Below the pieces are notes generated by a model, which was not told the DNA's origin, did no database searches, and saw only the letters and a list, made by a program, of their open reading frames with translations. This document shows, in pieces, positions 30,682 through 44,800 of a stretch of DNA of 64,000 nucleotides. Location: NCBI GenBank assembly GCA_002269645.1, contig NIVC01000835.1:310001-374000 (forward strand). Direction: 5' to 3'. Each line of letters starts with the position of its first letter. Positions within the stretch are counted from its first letter, which is position 1. A program made the position numbers and the translations under genes. The stretch comes from Macrostomum lignano. Lineage: Eukaryota.

Positions 30682-32948
30682 TTACGGCCGGCAGTATTTG
30701 TAGCGGTTGTTCATGTGCTGGGAGAAGGAGCCGCTGTGTGAGAACCGCTTGCCGCACCGGCCGCACTGGAACGGCTTCTCTCCGCTGTGCAGGCGCTCGT
30801 GCTCCGTCAGGTGGTGCTTGTGCTTGAATGCTTTGCTGCAGGTGGAGCAGGAGAACGGCCGGATGCCTGCGGCGGAGTGTGCGCGTCATATGCTTAGCTG
30901 TCTATCGTCAGGGGGGGAGGTACGGGTTGGGCCTGATCTACCCTTATCTATCTGCCCCAGCTACCGCAGACCATCTCTCTACCCCACCTACCACCTAGGC
31001 AGTCTACCCTACCTCTACCCCAATGTCTACTATTTCTCAACCCCCATCTACCACAGTCTATCTCTACCACAAACCCTACCATCTATCTACCCCAAACCCT
31101 ACTATCTCTCTACCCTAAATCCTACCATCTCTCTACCCCATCTACACCACAGTGCATCTCTCTACCCCAAACCCTACCATCTATCTACCCCAAACCCTAC
31201 TATCTCTCTACCCTAAACCCTACCATCTCTCTACCCCAAACCCTACCATCTTATCTACCTCAACCTACCCCACCTACCCTTTCTAAAAGTTGAAACGGCG
31301 CAGCTCTCACCTGTATGCTCGTATCGGTGCCTCGTTAGCGAGCTCAGCTTAGAAAACACTTTGCTACATTTTTCGCACGGGAAACAGTCGCCTCCGCCGC
31401 CGCTGCCGCCAACGCCGACTCCTCCAAGCCCGCCGCCAGACTGGGCGCTGTCGGGCCGGTCGCCGACAAGCGGGCTGATCTGAAAGCAAAGAAGCAGATT
31501 TTTGTATTTAATTCCATTTCCATCTTCCTACCTTTAAAATGACTTGTCAGCCTATGACAACAATATTAACAATAAATTTGCCGGAATTATTTAGCCAGGT
31601 GGCCCCTATTCAGCGGATTAAAGACATTCTGCCTGCTGGCCCATTGTGGCACAGCTAAAGCCTCCGGGGATGAAGCGGCTAAGGTAGATAGGTGATTGGG
31701 GATAAGGTTGGGAGTCTCTTCAGAATCTTGAATTTCTTGTCCGAAGAGAGAGAGAGAGAGAGAGAGATCAAAACCTACAGCTATCTGGCTGCTCCGGTCC
31801 CATGGGGAAGAGATGGCTTTGCTCATCTGTTGTCCTATTTCGGTGCTGCTTCAGCCTTCTACTAGCCTATATAATGCATACGCATGATTGTATACATTAT
31901 ATATCTATATTATGCAGGTCTATCTTCAGTTCACGTGGAGATGAGGGCTGGCGGCGGCAGCGGCGTAACACTGAAGGGGGATGGGCGAGGTAATTTTAGG
32001 CAAACTGCGGTTGCACCAACCCCCCTCCTTTATTCCGCCTACTCGACTCGTTCGGATCTTCCTCCTCCTCCTTCCTCAGCTAGGAGAGCGGCGGGAGGCG
32101 CCTTCTTCTGGGCCGCCTCTTCAAGGCCGGGACTCTCCTCACCTTAACTTCGTTAGCCGTCAAGTCGTAGGTGCCGCGCCGCTAATCAGCATGCGTAAGA
32201 GAGAATGATTTAATTTATCCCCTCCCCGCCTATACCGACTCCCTTACCGCCGCCCACCGGCGCCAGTCTAATGATGACTATCGGACTCTAAAGAGACGAA
32301 AATGCAAAATAAATCGAGAGGAGCTGACTGACTCACGGGAGCTCGCAGGAGGGCTCGAGCGGTGGGCGCAACGCGAATGAGAAAGTGGAGCGGACCGCCC
32401 AGCAGTTTCAGATACATAGGTGGCCTTGGCCAGGAGGAAACTGAGGCGGCGGAATGGGAGAACGAGGGGCAGGGAGGAGAGCAGCGGAGGCCCCGCCTCT
32501 CCACCTCGGCGCCGCCGCGCTTTGGAAGTGCCCGCGGTGGCTATCGAAGGCCCAGCTAAGGGGGGGGGGGCTGGGAAAAGTAATTTAGCGGCCTATGTAA
32601 ATTTATTGATTTTCCCAGATTCCTGCGCACCGCCTTCGCCTGTCTGAAAAGCTCGCCCTGCGCTTTCTCTTTCTCTCTCTCTCTGCTCAGATTTCCCATC
32701 CTTTGGGATCCTTTTTCTGGGAGCGGTGGGCCTAGCTCTCCTGACAGTTATTGGTAGAGCTGTCAGGTGGGAGGCCGGCCCAGCTGATCTTGATGAGCGG
32801 GAAAAAAAGAGACTGGCTACTGGGAAAACTCTAAAACAGACGGGGAAAATTCTTGGACAGCTCGCAAATTGTGCAAATTTTGCTGAAAGTTGACATTTCG
32901 GCCATAGACATCAGCACCAAGAACACTGCCAGCAGCCCCATTTCCCAT

Positions 32949-33001
<53 letters not shown>

Positions 33002-36000
33002 TTTGAAAACTGTTATTCAATTTAGTTAAGATAAGAATTATCAAATTGCTTGCCTATTTCACTTCTTACGTCTATGGGCAAGACCAAATCTACTGCTGCC
33101 AAATGGGAATTCTCTACTTGGTTGGCTTAACTATCAACTTGGCTGATGTGCAGCCAGAACTTGAATTTTTATACGGATTTCGCAGGGAAGAGAGGAGAGA
33201 AGGGGAGAGAGGAGAGGAGAGAGGAGAGGAGAGGGGAGAGAGGAGAGGAGAGGAGAGAGAGGAGAGAGGAGAGAGGAGAGGAGAGGAGAGAGGAGAGGAA
33301 AGAGTAGAGGAGAGAGGAGAGGAGAAGAGAGAGGAGAGAGAGGAGAGGAGAGAGAGGAGAGGAGAGAGAGGAGAGGAGAGAGGAGAGAGGAGAGGAGAGG
33401 AGAGAGAGGAGAGAGGATAGAGGAGAGAGGAGAGAGGAGAGGAGAGAGGGAGAGGAGAGGAGAGGAGAGGAGAGGAAGAGACAAGAGAGAGGCTTCGCGG
33501 GCCGCATGTGGCCCACAGGCGGAGTTTGCCGACCCCTGACTTAATTTGTCAATGGGGAAAACTGCCCAATCTACTAATTTTCGCTCACCAGTCCGTCGGA
33601 AGCGAGCCTGGCCGAGCCGTAGCTGCTATCAAGGGCGTCATCGCTCATCTGTTCTGCCTCGTCTGGCGCCGGCTCCCGCTTGAGGCAGAGGTCCAGCACT
33701 TGGTCGGCCGCGCTTAGCGTCTGCTGCTCCAATGCCAGCTGATGCTGGTTGATTGGCTGGTGCTGGTGCTGGTGCTGCTGGAGGAGCTGCAGTTGCTGGC
33801 GATGCAGCTGGTAGGGCTGCTGCAGCTGCTGATGCGAAGCGAAGGCCGGCCATTTTGACGAGGCGGTCGGCATCAGACGGAGATCCAACGGCTCGGCTTG
33901 TTCCGCCGTTACCATGGGAACTGAACTCGGCTTGTCCGAGATTGACGCGGATGCGGCAGCTGCAGCCGCCGCGGCAGCCGCAGCGGCCTGAGCAGCTCGC
34001 ATGGGATTCTGGCTGCTGGCGATGGCGGGCAAGTAGGCCGGCCACGGGTAGGCGGGCTGCGCAGCCGGCAGCCACATGCCGCCGCCGCCGCTGCCGCCAG
34101 TCAGCGGGAACGGGATCATGCAGGTATTCTGCACAATCTGCAAATTGTGAATCACCGCCTCTTGCTGGTGGCGGCGGCGGCGGCGGTGCACACCGGGCTC
34201 CGACTGGTCAACGAGCTTGGCAGCAGCGCCTGGGTCGACGACGGCTGCGTCGACTGCGGCTGCGGTGGTGGCGGTGGCGGCGCGGGCACGGGCACGCCCG
34301 TGGCTTTGATCTCCTTGCCCTGGCGACGGTCGCGGGATCGCGAGTTCTGGAACCAGACGCGGACAACCTTCGGTGACAGTCGGGTTGCAGACGCGATTCG
34401 CTGCAGGTCCATCGCAGTTGGCAGCGGATTGGACTGGTAGAACACCTTCAACGCGTTCACTTGGTCCGCGTGAATCACCGAGCGAGTCCGCTTTTCTCGG
34501 TCGGCGCTGCCGCCACTGCCGCCGCTGCCGCCGCCGCCGACTCCGCCATTGATGCTACTTCGCTCGGCGTCCGCCATCAAAGCGTCGCCGTCGGCTTCGT
34601 CGAATTCGGCGCCGCAAGACGCCGCAGTGGAAGCGCCGGCGCCGTCCGGGTCGGCTTCGTTCGACTCGTCGCGTTGTCGATGCTGGAAGCCAACAGCCGG
34701 TGTAGCGGATTTGCCGCTGCCGCGCACAGTCTCCAGGATTCGCCGGATCGAGCTGAGATCTTCTCCGCAGGACGAGGCGCCGTCCGGAGATCGGCCGCCC
34801 ACGGAGCCGCCGCCGCTGCCGACGGCAGTTTCGTCCATGCTGGCCGGAATCAGCGGCGGCGGCGGCGGCAGAAGCATTGGCTGGCGATGCAGCTGAGGAA
34901 ACTGCAGCTCAGGCTGCCGCTGAGTCAGCGGCGGCGGCGGTGGCGGCGGCGGAGGTGGCGGAGGCGTGGCAGGCACAGAGCATTCCGCCGGCGTAACGCA
35001 ACCGCCGCCAGGCTTCGCAGGCGAGACGACAGCGGCGCACTTCTTCGATGTCATGTGGCTGCTGTACGAGCCGCTGTGGGAGAAGCGCTTGCCGCATGAC
35101 TGGCACATGAAGGGCTTTTCACCCGAATGGATGCGCACGTGCTCCTTGAGGTGGTGCTTAAACTTGAACGCCTTGCCGCACTCTTGGCATTTGAATTTGC
35201 GCAGCTCCGAGCTCTCGTTGTGACTGATGAGGTGCCGCTGCAGCCGGTAGATGTTGGCGAACATCTTGTTGCAGACGGTGCACTTCTGCGCGTCGGGACT
35301 GTGCTCGGCGCTGTGCCGATCGAGGTCGGTTTTGCTCAGGTAAATTCCGCCGCATTCGATGCAAGCAAAAGTGCCGTCGGCGTTCGCTTCAACGTCAATG
35401 TCCTCCGCGGCAGCTTCCGTAGGGCTGGCCGCGGGTGCTGCGGGGACGGAATGAAAATTTTGTTTGTAATCGAAAGCGTCTCAACCATCAGTGTCTTAGA
35501 TTGTGAAATTTAAAAATCAATCTAAAGTGTCCAGAATTATACTTCTATTTGAGTCATTGACATTTCACCTGACAATAGTCTCCAATTGATATCAATTTAC
35601 CTTCTTCGCCAGCCGAGTTGACGCTGTGATTTAGGCTGCGAGCAGTCAATTTCGGAATTTTATCAATGTCGACACTCATTGCTGTAAAATAATGAAGTGT
35701 TACACGGGAGTTAAAATGTCGCATTTAACTCTATTAAGCCAATTAGAACACGAGAATGAGCACTCACAAGTACGTGTCGGCCATTGGGGCCAGATTCTGA
35801 TTCTCGTCCGGCTTCATCAGAGCATTGGTTTCTTCCTCTGTTGCAGGTGTCACCGCTTGAGTGGCAGCTGGCTCGTGAGCAGCTTTGGTGGGATCGCCGC
35901 CCTCAGTGTCTGAAGTTTACAGCGAGGAGAATTTGGTTCGCCAGGGTCAGTTTGGCGCCTTATATAGCCAGACTGTCTGAACGTTTACCAGCAGAGAACG

Positions 36001-39000
36001 CATTAATAATTTGGAATTTTGACTTTTTTGCACAACTAAAAAGATAAGAAGACAAATGGAGGCAGTTTTTTATTATTATTTCACGCCTTGACACGCAATT
36101 AGAGTGTGCTCAGCCAGAGTGTGCTGTGCCCTGCTCAACAGACAGAAATATATCTTTCGACATTTTTGTTGCTTTACACAGAGGACAAATAGAAATTCAA
36201 TTGGGTTTTCTTCCACCTACTCGTACTGTAGTGTATCTTCCCATGCGGCCAGTCACTGCCGGACTAAACCTATAGACTCTGCAGCAGACCGGGTGTCACG
36301 TCACTGACTATACTCAAGGTATGGGGGTGGTGGACTCGCCAAGCAATACAGGTCGAAAATCGATCACGCCAGGGCCTCGTGCCGCGAATGCAGCAGACGC
36401 AGCGCCGGTTCCCACAAGGTATTTTAGGAGCAGCAATCGAGGTTCGAGCTGCAGGCAGAAGGCCCCCCCCCGACTAGTATATTAGACCCAGGCAATGGAT
36501 CGCAAAGTCAACAACGGTTTAATAACAACAAACGGATTGTTACTTTGAAAGGCAAGAGAAGAATAAGATGAAGAAGCACTGCATGAAAGCAACACTAACT
36601 GCACATGGTGCAAGATACAAAGTATCAATGTCAATTCTGCAGCAACCCACGCGTCCAGAGCGCAAGACTTTTATTCCTGTCTCTCTCACTCTCTCTTGCG
36701 CAAATTGTTACTGCCGAGCTCGACCGACGGAAAGGCACAATAATGATTAAGAGCCAAAATGATTATTTTCCTTATTATTGCATATACATAATGCACACGT
36801 CGAGTTGGATAAGGTATTAAAAAAACAAAAGATTCAGGACGGCAATACGCCGCCCTCTTCGAGCCTTCACTTTGCGGTTGACAGCAAGTCCGGAGGAGGC
36901 GGCATAGCAATGGCGCAGTTACCCCAGGAGACACCCGCTATTTGACGTGTCACATTCTGTTGGTTCTACCAACTTTTCACTTTGCACAGTTTCTCTGCCT
37001 TTCTCTCGGATCTTTTTTCTTAGCAGGAATTAGCCTCTCACCGGGGCTCTGTAGAGAGGGGGGCCAGATATGATTAGTGCGCTGTGCAGCTGGAGACTTT
37101 CTGCTTCATCTCACGGCTGCGCATGCGACTGTTGATATGCATACTATAGCGCCCGTGCTGAAGGCCCACTGCTTAATATCTGCAGTCACCAGCGATTATA
37201 CTAAATGCTTGCGTTCGTGCACAAATTGGCTCGAATGAAACCCAAGCGGGGGGAGGTGCACAGACTGGTTCTCACAATTGTCAAAAGCCAGAAAAACTGC
37301 ACAAATAGCTCTTAGTTAATACTTCGTATGGCATAGCCAACGGTGTTATTAAAAAAATAATTATTTCTAGTGCGAAAACCTATATATGACTTCATTTTAC
37401 TGATAGAGCCTAAAAGATTCTTAACAAGGAACAGAAGGGTTAGAACTCAAAAAACGCTCTATATTTGTGTAAAACTTGAAAGGATTGAATAAGAACGGAA
37501 CGTTCCCCATGTTGGGGCCTGGTCAAACACCTCTATAAGAAAGAAGGATGAGCTATTGACCAGCACAGATTGGCGCTCCTTCTGCTCCTCAATCGGCCCG
37601 TGTGTGTGTGTGTGTGTGCTAATGTGTTAGAGGCGCCGTGTTTGCTGATTGAGCGGTGTGGGTGTTCGCTCTCTTTCTCTCACTCACTGTGTGTGTGTGC
37701 AGGCACGCGTTCCAATCCATCTCATGCTTCTTCCCAGCCATCGGGCCTGCTGCTCCTCCAGATTGCTTGGAGCTTTTTGAGCATTTCGCCGCCGCGCGAG
37801 GCGAGAGAGAGAGAGCGAGAGAGAAAGAGTGAGAGACCCGAGATTAAGCAGCCAGGAGGCGGGGCGAGATTGGTGGGCAAAAAAGGGGGGAGGAAACAAG
37901 ACAAGACGGAACCGCGCCGGCGCGGAGATTACCTCAAAAATTGATCTCCTCAACCCTCCTCCTCCTCCTCCTCATCCGACATCGGGGGAAATGGGAGATG
38001 CAAGCGGAGGTCCAGCTTCACCCCCAATGCAGCCCTGCCGGAATATTTGCCCAGAAATCTTCCGGGCGGTGTGTCGAAGATGGCTGACTGGGAGGGTCTT
38101 AGGAAACAGTTAGCCGCTAAGCTTCCCGCTGACAGCGCACAAATTATGAGAATTCCAAGGGGCCTATCTTCATCCCCGGCACCATCCGGCAAATAGGTGG
38201 GGTGTGGAGGACGAGCTGTTTCACACTTTCACTCTATCCGAAGCCTCCCTGATATCCTAATATCAGTTGGGGAGCGAGCGGCGGACACCAACTGCACAGT
38301 TTCTGCATCCGTATCATCGGAGAGGCTGGAAAACTCGCTCGATATCCCCCCGCCTCCTAGTCGAGCCCAGGCCACCCGAGCAGGGAAAATCCTTTCCGCA
38401 AATTGGCCCGTCCTGAGCTCACTTTCCATCAAGGTTGGCCTCCGCTTTCCCTCCTTTTCCTTATACCAATCCCAGCTTCGCGATCCCTTATCCCAGGATG
38501 GGCAGAGCAGCCGGAGTGGAGTGAAACAGTGAATAGGCTGCAGGGAGATCTTTGGAAAATTGGGAAGGATGCAAACTCGCGGCGAAAGACTCGTGAATTG
38601 GCAGGGGAGGGGAAGGCAAGGGGAGAAATCAGAAATGCTGCGGAGCAGGAGGGGATGAAGGCTTTAGACAGAAATTATCCCCAATTTCCACGCGCCCATG
38701 ATGCAGCCCTAAGTTGCCCCAATCTCCATCCCCCGGTCAAGCTAATTTGTAATTTCTCTAGGAATTCTGTAGAACAAGAGAGCGGGTGTCAGTCAGTCGG
38801 GGACTCGGAGAATTAGCAGAACAGATGAGCGAGCTCGGCCCTGTCAGGTTGTTGGGATTTAGGATTTGGGATGTCCAATAAGTTTTGTGCCGCCACTTCA
38901 GAACTGGAATATTCTTATTCTTCCGTGTAAGTACGAGTATAGTAAACAGGGGGGAGCGGTAGGCGGCGGCCCTCTTAAGTGTGCCAGATTTATTGGAAGG

Positions 39001-40369
39001 CCCAACCAAACCCGTGTGGCGCAGACAGGCAGGGGATGCCGGAGAAATCGAGGTGGGCTCGCCAAGGGGGGGGGGAGAATCGTGTCTGCAGGGTGTTGGT
39101 GTGAAAGTTTTTCGTCCAGGAGTTCGCAGCACCGATGATTACTCAGAGAGGGAGACAGGAAAAGTGATTTCTGCTGTTCTCCAGCTTCCGCGCTACAAGC
39201 GGTCCGGTTTCCGCTTGTGCTCCCAGCCCTCGGACAAAACCTCGAAAACCTCGGGCGCATTAGCTGGCATCGACACGGTGCCTAAACACTTCATTTCCTC
39301 CCGTATTTTACTCCTGGGCAAGCGGGGAGAGGGGAGAACAGGGTCGGAGAGGCAAAACCTATGCAAATAGATAGAGGTCTAATAACTGCCTTACCGATAA
39401 TCACACGAATGCTCCGTTGAAATTTTATTGAAACAGAAGATTCTTGCTCACTACAGGTAACTCCAAGATGCAAAGACCATTATAATTTTTTTCAAGTCTA
39501 AATATATTCGTAGCAGCCTTTCTGGTCTTCATCAACCGGGAAGAGGGAGTGGGGAGCAAAACTCTGCACGGGGAATACAACCGCCAATTACGCTGCCCTC
39601 ACCTGCCTCTCTTCCCCTCCCCGCAATCCAGCCTCCCGTCCAATCCAGTCTCCATCATCTAGGCTTCCGTAAACCCCCCAATCCCTCCGCAAAGTGTACA
39701 GGTGAGCCTGAGCGGGGATTTTTCATCCCACCTTGCCCGCCTCCTCAGCCCATCTTATCTTTAGTAGCCGCTGTTCTCCCCCTCCCATTGCGAGATTTTC
39801 ACATTTCGATCCCTATAAATAATAGGTAAAAAACACTGCTATAGAAGGAAAATCTACAAGAAAGAAGTCAATTAGGCTTTTGTTGCTATGTCAAGTAGTC
39901 TATATAAAATGAAAGACTGACAGCTTTGCTAAGTTGGTATCTGGGGGGACTCAACTCACCTGAGCACAGTAGCTAGCTTTTTAAGTTCGGATTTTTCGCG
40001 TGTCCACAGCTCCAGTGTCTGGCAGTTTGTCAGCCTTGTTCACGTTTTGTTCAGAATTTCATGGATTGTCAGGAACAGGAAGGAATTCATGCATTTCATA
40101 GAATTACTGAGCAGTATAGGCTAGGCTATAGGTGAGGCAGTACACCTTGCTGCTAGACTGAGTAGTCAACATACGGTACAAAATCGCGCAAACACGCACA
40201 GCCACGCGCAACACCTTGTTATTCGCTGCCAGGAGGAAGGTTGGGGGACTCAAGAGGGAGAACAGCAAAGCAAAGCAAAAAGTAAGAAAATTTAATACGA
40301 AAGAATGACCAGATTTTTTTCTGCTATATACATAATCCGACTTGCAGGCAAATTCGGGAAAGGTGAGAC

Positions 40370-40411
<42 letters not shown>

Positions 40412-41838
40412 ATGCGCCGAACAACACGTGTTGTTTCCCTGCACAGGCGTTCACCTTACCGTACCCACCTTACCTACTCCCAGCTCGTGGCATAGGTGAG
40501 ACGGCTGCTGACAGCTCAACAACAGGATCGGGGGGGGGGGCAATAATAGGTTTCTGTGCAAGGGAGGGACGCACAGGGGACAGGGGAATTGCCAGTATAG
40601 CCGACTGAGGACTTCCTGGGATTGCACACATTTTTGTTATAGCACAGTTAATACCTTTCTCGTAATTTTCCCTTGCCTGTAATGTATAGCCCTACATATT
40701 ATACAGTCTATCGCGGCGGAAAGAGCGCTCTATTTAAATTGTATTTATTGTATTTAGTTGGAGGATTAAGCACGAAACCTCCACACCACGTAGCGCAACC
40801 GCCCCCAAGAAGAACGAGTGCCTGCCTATATAGATTTTTGTCAAGGTGCGCCTTCTATAATATTAGTGTATTATAGATTTTTAAACCTTCGATCAGCGCG
40901 CGTGTTTGAAGCCCATATTGTGGCGATTTGATTTTACAGTTCTAAGATTATTATTTTCAATTTTACCTGATACCTTTCCTTAAGGACTATAATATAGTCT
41001 TTTTTGAAAATTAAATACGAAATTGCACCCGCGCTTCGTTATGGAAGATTAAAATTTATAAACGTTTGGAGTAAAGCTAACCAACTCTATAGATATTCCA
41101 AAAAGGAAAGCATTGGTGGAACTGGAAATAAGATGAAGTAGGTGAGGCTGACGCACAGGGATGAGGGGGGGGTGGTAGCCGACTCATCTAGATATATTTT
41201 ATTTTCCTCTAGAGGCAGACAGGCCAGAGCAGGCAGCCCCTGAGCACCGAGAGATCGGGGAGGGGGTGGGGACTGGGGGCGAATAGAGAGAAAAAACCGG
41301 AGGGGATGGCCAGAATGTTTATGCTAATGAGGCCAATGCTGTTAATCAGCCCCGCCGAGTCGTAGGTGCCTTCCCTCCCCTGGCGGCTCTCCAGTGCTCG
41401 GGATTAGGTGAACAGGTTGGCTGCCCGGCTCTCAGGGAAATAGGGGAGACGGGGAATTGGGATGGAGATCCCGGGCACCAGCTTCGAGCCAAACATTTTT
41501 GGGAAAACCTAGCGATGGGAACGGGGAGGCAGATTTCACGTATATAGCGTAATCCCCTCCTCACTCCTCGTCTCAAATTGAATTTTTGGCCCCGGCAAGC
41601 GGGTCTCCAACCTTCGCGTCTGCCAATGCCAGAAAATATTCAAATTGCCCACGCGTGCTGGCTGTGCACACACTGCAGGATCAGGAAAGGGGGGGCATTT
41701 GCTGCCCTCAGCAGCACCGGCCCCACCGCCCCACCAACCATCGACTACCGCTTGACAACCTATGCGAGTTGTTCCTGCTCCTGCTTGCTGGCTATTCCCG
41801 ATACCCGATGAGGCAGATCCCTGAAAATTGGTCCCCTA

Positions 41839-41878
<40 letters not shown>

Positions 41879-44800
41879 ATCTTGATGCAGCAGCAGCCGA
41901 GGCTCCAGCATCCGCCAATTTGTGGGTGCACGACTGCTGCTCTGTGCCTCTCACTTCTCTATGCCGACTCAGCGTGCTTTGCTGTTGTCGCATTTTGGCA
42001 TTTAGATACACCGCATGCGTGTGAGGAAACTCGGTTTAATCTTCAGCTCATGCCTAATCCCCTTAATCGAGCTCGGGGCAGATTTACAGCTCAGAGGTAA
42101 ACTCGTCGTGACTCTCGTGCCCTGCGATCCCTGGTTCGATTCCGTGCGCTAATGCGTGCGATTCACACCCATATGTATCAACAATCAGAGCCGCTGTACA
42201 CCCCGTGTGAGCGTGTGTATGAGTGCGTACCTGTGTACAGTCAGGAGTCAGCGGTACGGGCAGAATGGCCCCCTACTCCGGTGAAAAAAACCTGTTGACC
42301 GCTTCCCAACTTAAACAGTTTGAAAACTAATAGCTATAAAAGAAAATAACTGCTTTCCTGTTGAATCCAACTAGGACTAAATTGCTGCTAAAAGCCCCCC
42401 TGGCTCTTCCCTCCCCTCCCCATCTCAGTTCGGTTCGAGTTTGCGTTGTGAAGGGGATGGGGAAGCCGCAACAATTACCGGCACTTGGAGCCTTTTCCCC
42501 TTCTGTATACCAATGCGCGGTAATTACCGGATAATGCTGCCCACCCCAACCTCTCCGCTTTATCCCCCCTGGACAGGATAATTTTCTTCCCTATGGAGCC
42601 TCTAGGACCCCATCCTATCCACCGATTCTATATGAGAAATAATCGAGCATCATTAAGCCCGAGACCAGGCAGGAGGGGAGAGATGATGAGTATAAACTGA
42701 TGGTGGAACAGTTTTCTAAAGAGTGAGGAAGGGGGAATTGGGGAATGATCAACAGTTCCGCCAACTCGATAATGCTGCTTCCGCCAAGGTATAATTACAC
42801 TTCGAGTGTGTCCCCTACCCAGGCCACTTCCCCCTGTTAGTCAAGTTTAGCCATTTCCGGAAGGGAAGCGAGTCCAGAGCAAGCCAGCTCAGCTCCCCAA
42901 ATTCCCCGCAATCTATTCGGTGATCAACCAAAAATCTTGACATAGATAGCGAGCTGGGACTCCGAGGAGTGAGGAAGGGGGGGGATTCAGCTATTGTTCG
43001 ACTGAAACTATATTAGCCCAGTCTAAGGTGACATATGCTGCACCTCATCCTCCCAGCCTCCCTGATCCCCCAGCCGATCGAATCCTTCTCAGTTCGACTG
43101 GCAGAAAAGAAGAAATTAAAAAAAACCATGGATAAAGGAAAAACTAACCGATTGAAAACGAAGACCTGCCGAGCAGTCAGGAGCAGGAGGGGGGGGGCAA
43201 GCTGGCGGCCAATTCTTGCCACACCTCAGGCCTGTCAGGCCGCTATAAACTACTCAATCATCTTACTCCGCGGCTGCCGCGGCTAGCAAAAATGAGAATA
43301 AATGAATTGGAACCTTTAATTCAACCTATATATATATATACATATATATTATATTAAAGTCTGCCTCAAACCCAAATCCTGATCCCGAACGGCTAAATCC
43401 CAACGGGCAGGATCCAAGAGCTCCTCATCAAAGTCTTTATAGCGTATTTTTTAAAATGTAAAATCATATGGACATGAGCCGCATCTTCTGCAGCTAAGAT
43501 ATGCGCAGTCAAATTGCCCCGGTGGTATTGGAATAAAGATTACTTCTGGATCATGCTGTGACAATCCCGGGAAGATAGAGAGAGAGAGAACTGAATCACC
43601 TGACAATAATTTGATTGACAGACGGCTGAAAACGAATTCTGGAAATTAAGATTCTATGCCTGGGATTAGCTGGGGATGGGATGAAGGTATATCCCAGACT
43701 GAGCATTGAATTGCTGATGCCGCATGTGCAGTTTATTTAGACAGGCATGAAAACAGGTTTACAAACCAGAATAGCCAACTGTAATTATTATAACAAAATC
43801 TGAAACCGAGTTTTTGTTCGAACTCTTCGACACGCGCCGTGGACGTTGGACGACAAAAAGACGCAAGTAAAAAATTGTTGGAAAAATGAATTCTTTATAA
43901 ACTGTGCTTTGTTTTGTTCGTAATACCCCGAGGCCAAGAACTTCTCTTGGACTCGGTTCCAGGCCGGCAGTGGAATCTAGGACATCAGTTTTCGTTGAAA
44001 TGCTCTTTTTTTCTTGAGCCCCGCCCACCTCCCCATCAACTCGTCAGGTCGCTATTGCTCGAATCATCATCATATATTTTGTCGGGTTTTTTTCGGGAAA
44101 ATCTGCACATGTCGGACTCACCTTGAGATGCGATGGCGGATGAGACTCACTTGGTGGGAAGAATTCAGCAGTGTCAGTGACCTGTGCCACTAACACCAAC
44201 CACCTCATACACCACTTCGGGTCTCCTGGGACAACCATGCTGAATATTCACCTCGACAAGGGAGTGCAGTCGCGGCGGATTTAGCTGAGTTAAGGATGGA
44301 AATTCACCTCGATCCCAAGCCGCCATAAACATCAGAAATGGGGAGTTTTCTATCTGCCCACTCTTTTCCTTCACATTTCCCGGCAGACTCTCCAATACTC
44401 GTTGTGCACTATGCCTGCCGTAACAGACTTATGGGAGATCATAAAACCGTCGACTCCTCTACTCCTTCAGCTCAATGCTAAGAGTAAAGCTTTGGCAGGT
44501 AACTGGGCGACATCAGGGAGGGCATTTCGTTCCCTTCTCGAGCCTATCCTCTTGAGTCCGTCTTCCCTGATCCTCTTCAAGACTCCGAGTGAAGAAATCC
44601 ACCCCCTGCTGCAGATATTTTTGCGGCGGCAGATGGAGCAAGAAATGTTCAGGTGGAGAGTCAGCCCCCAGCTCGGGTAAAGGGATTAATGGCAGCAGCC
44701 GGGCGGGTCTGATGCTGCCGGAAAATAAAAGCAACAAAAAAACTCGAACCGAGAGAGTCAGTTATAAAAAAACTGCTCGTGTGGGTCAAGGCAGCAGACT

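Noticed and set aside
34150-34195. Programmed -1 ribosomal frameshift in zfh1
   Set aside because: No X XXY YYZ slippery heptamer at the frame break; an intron or an indel is simpler.
42087-42150. tRNA gene
   Set aside because: A and B boxes are present but I cannot fold a cloverleaf, and the downstream body is shared with two other dispersed copies; treated as a SINE.
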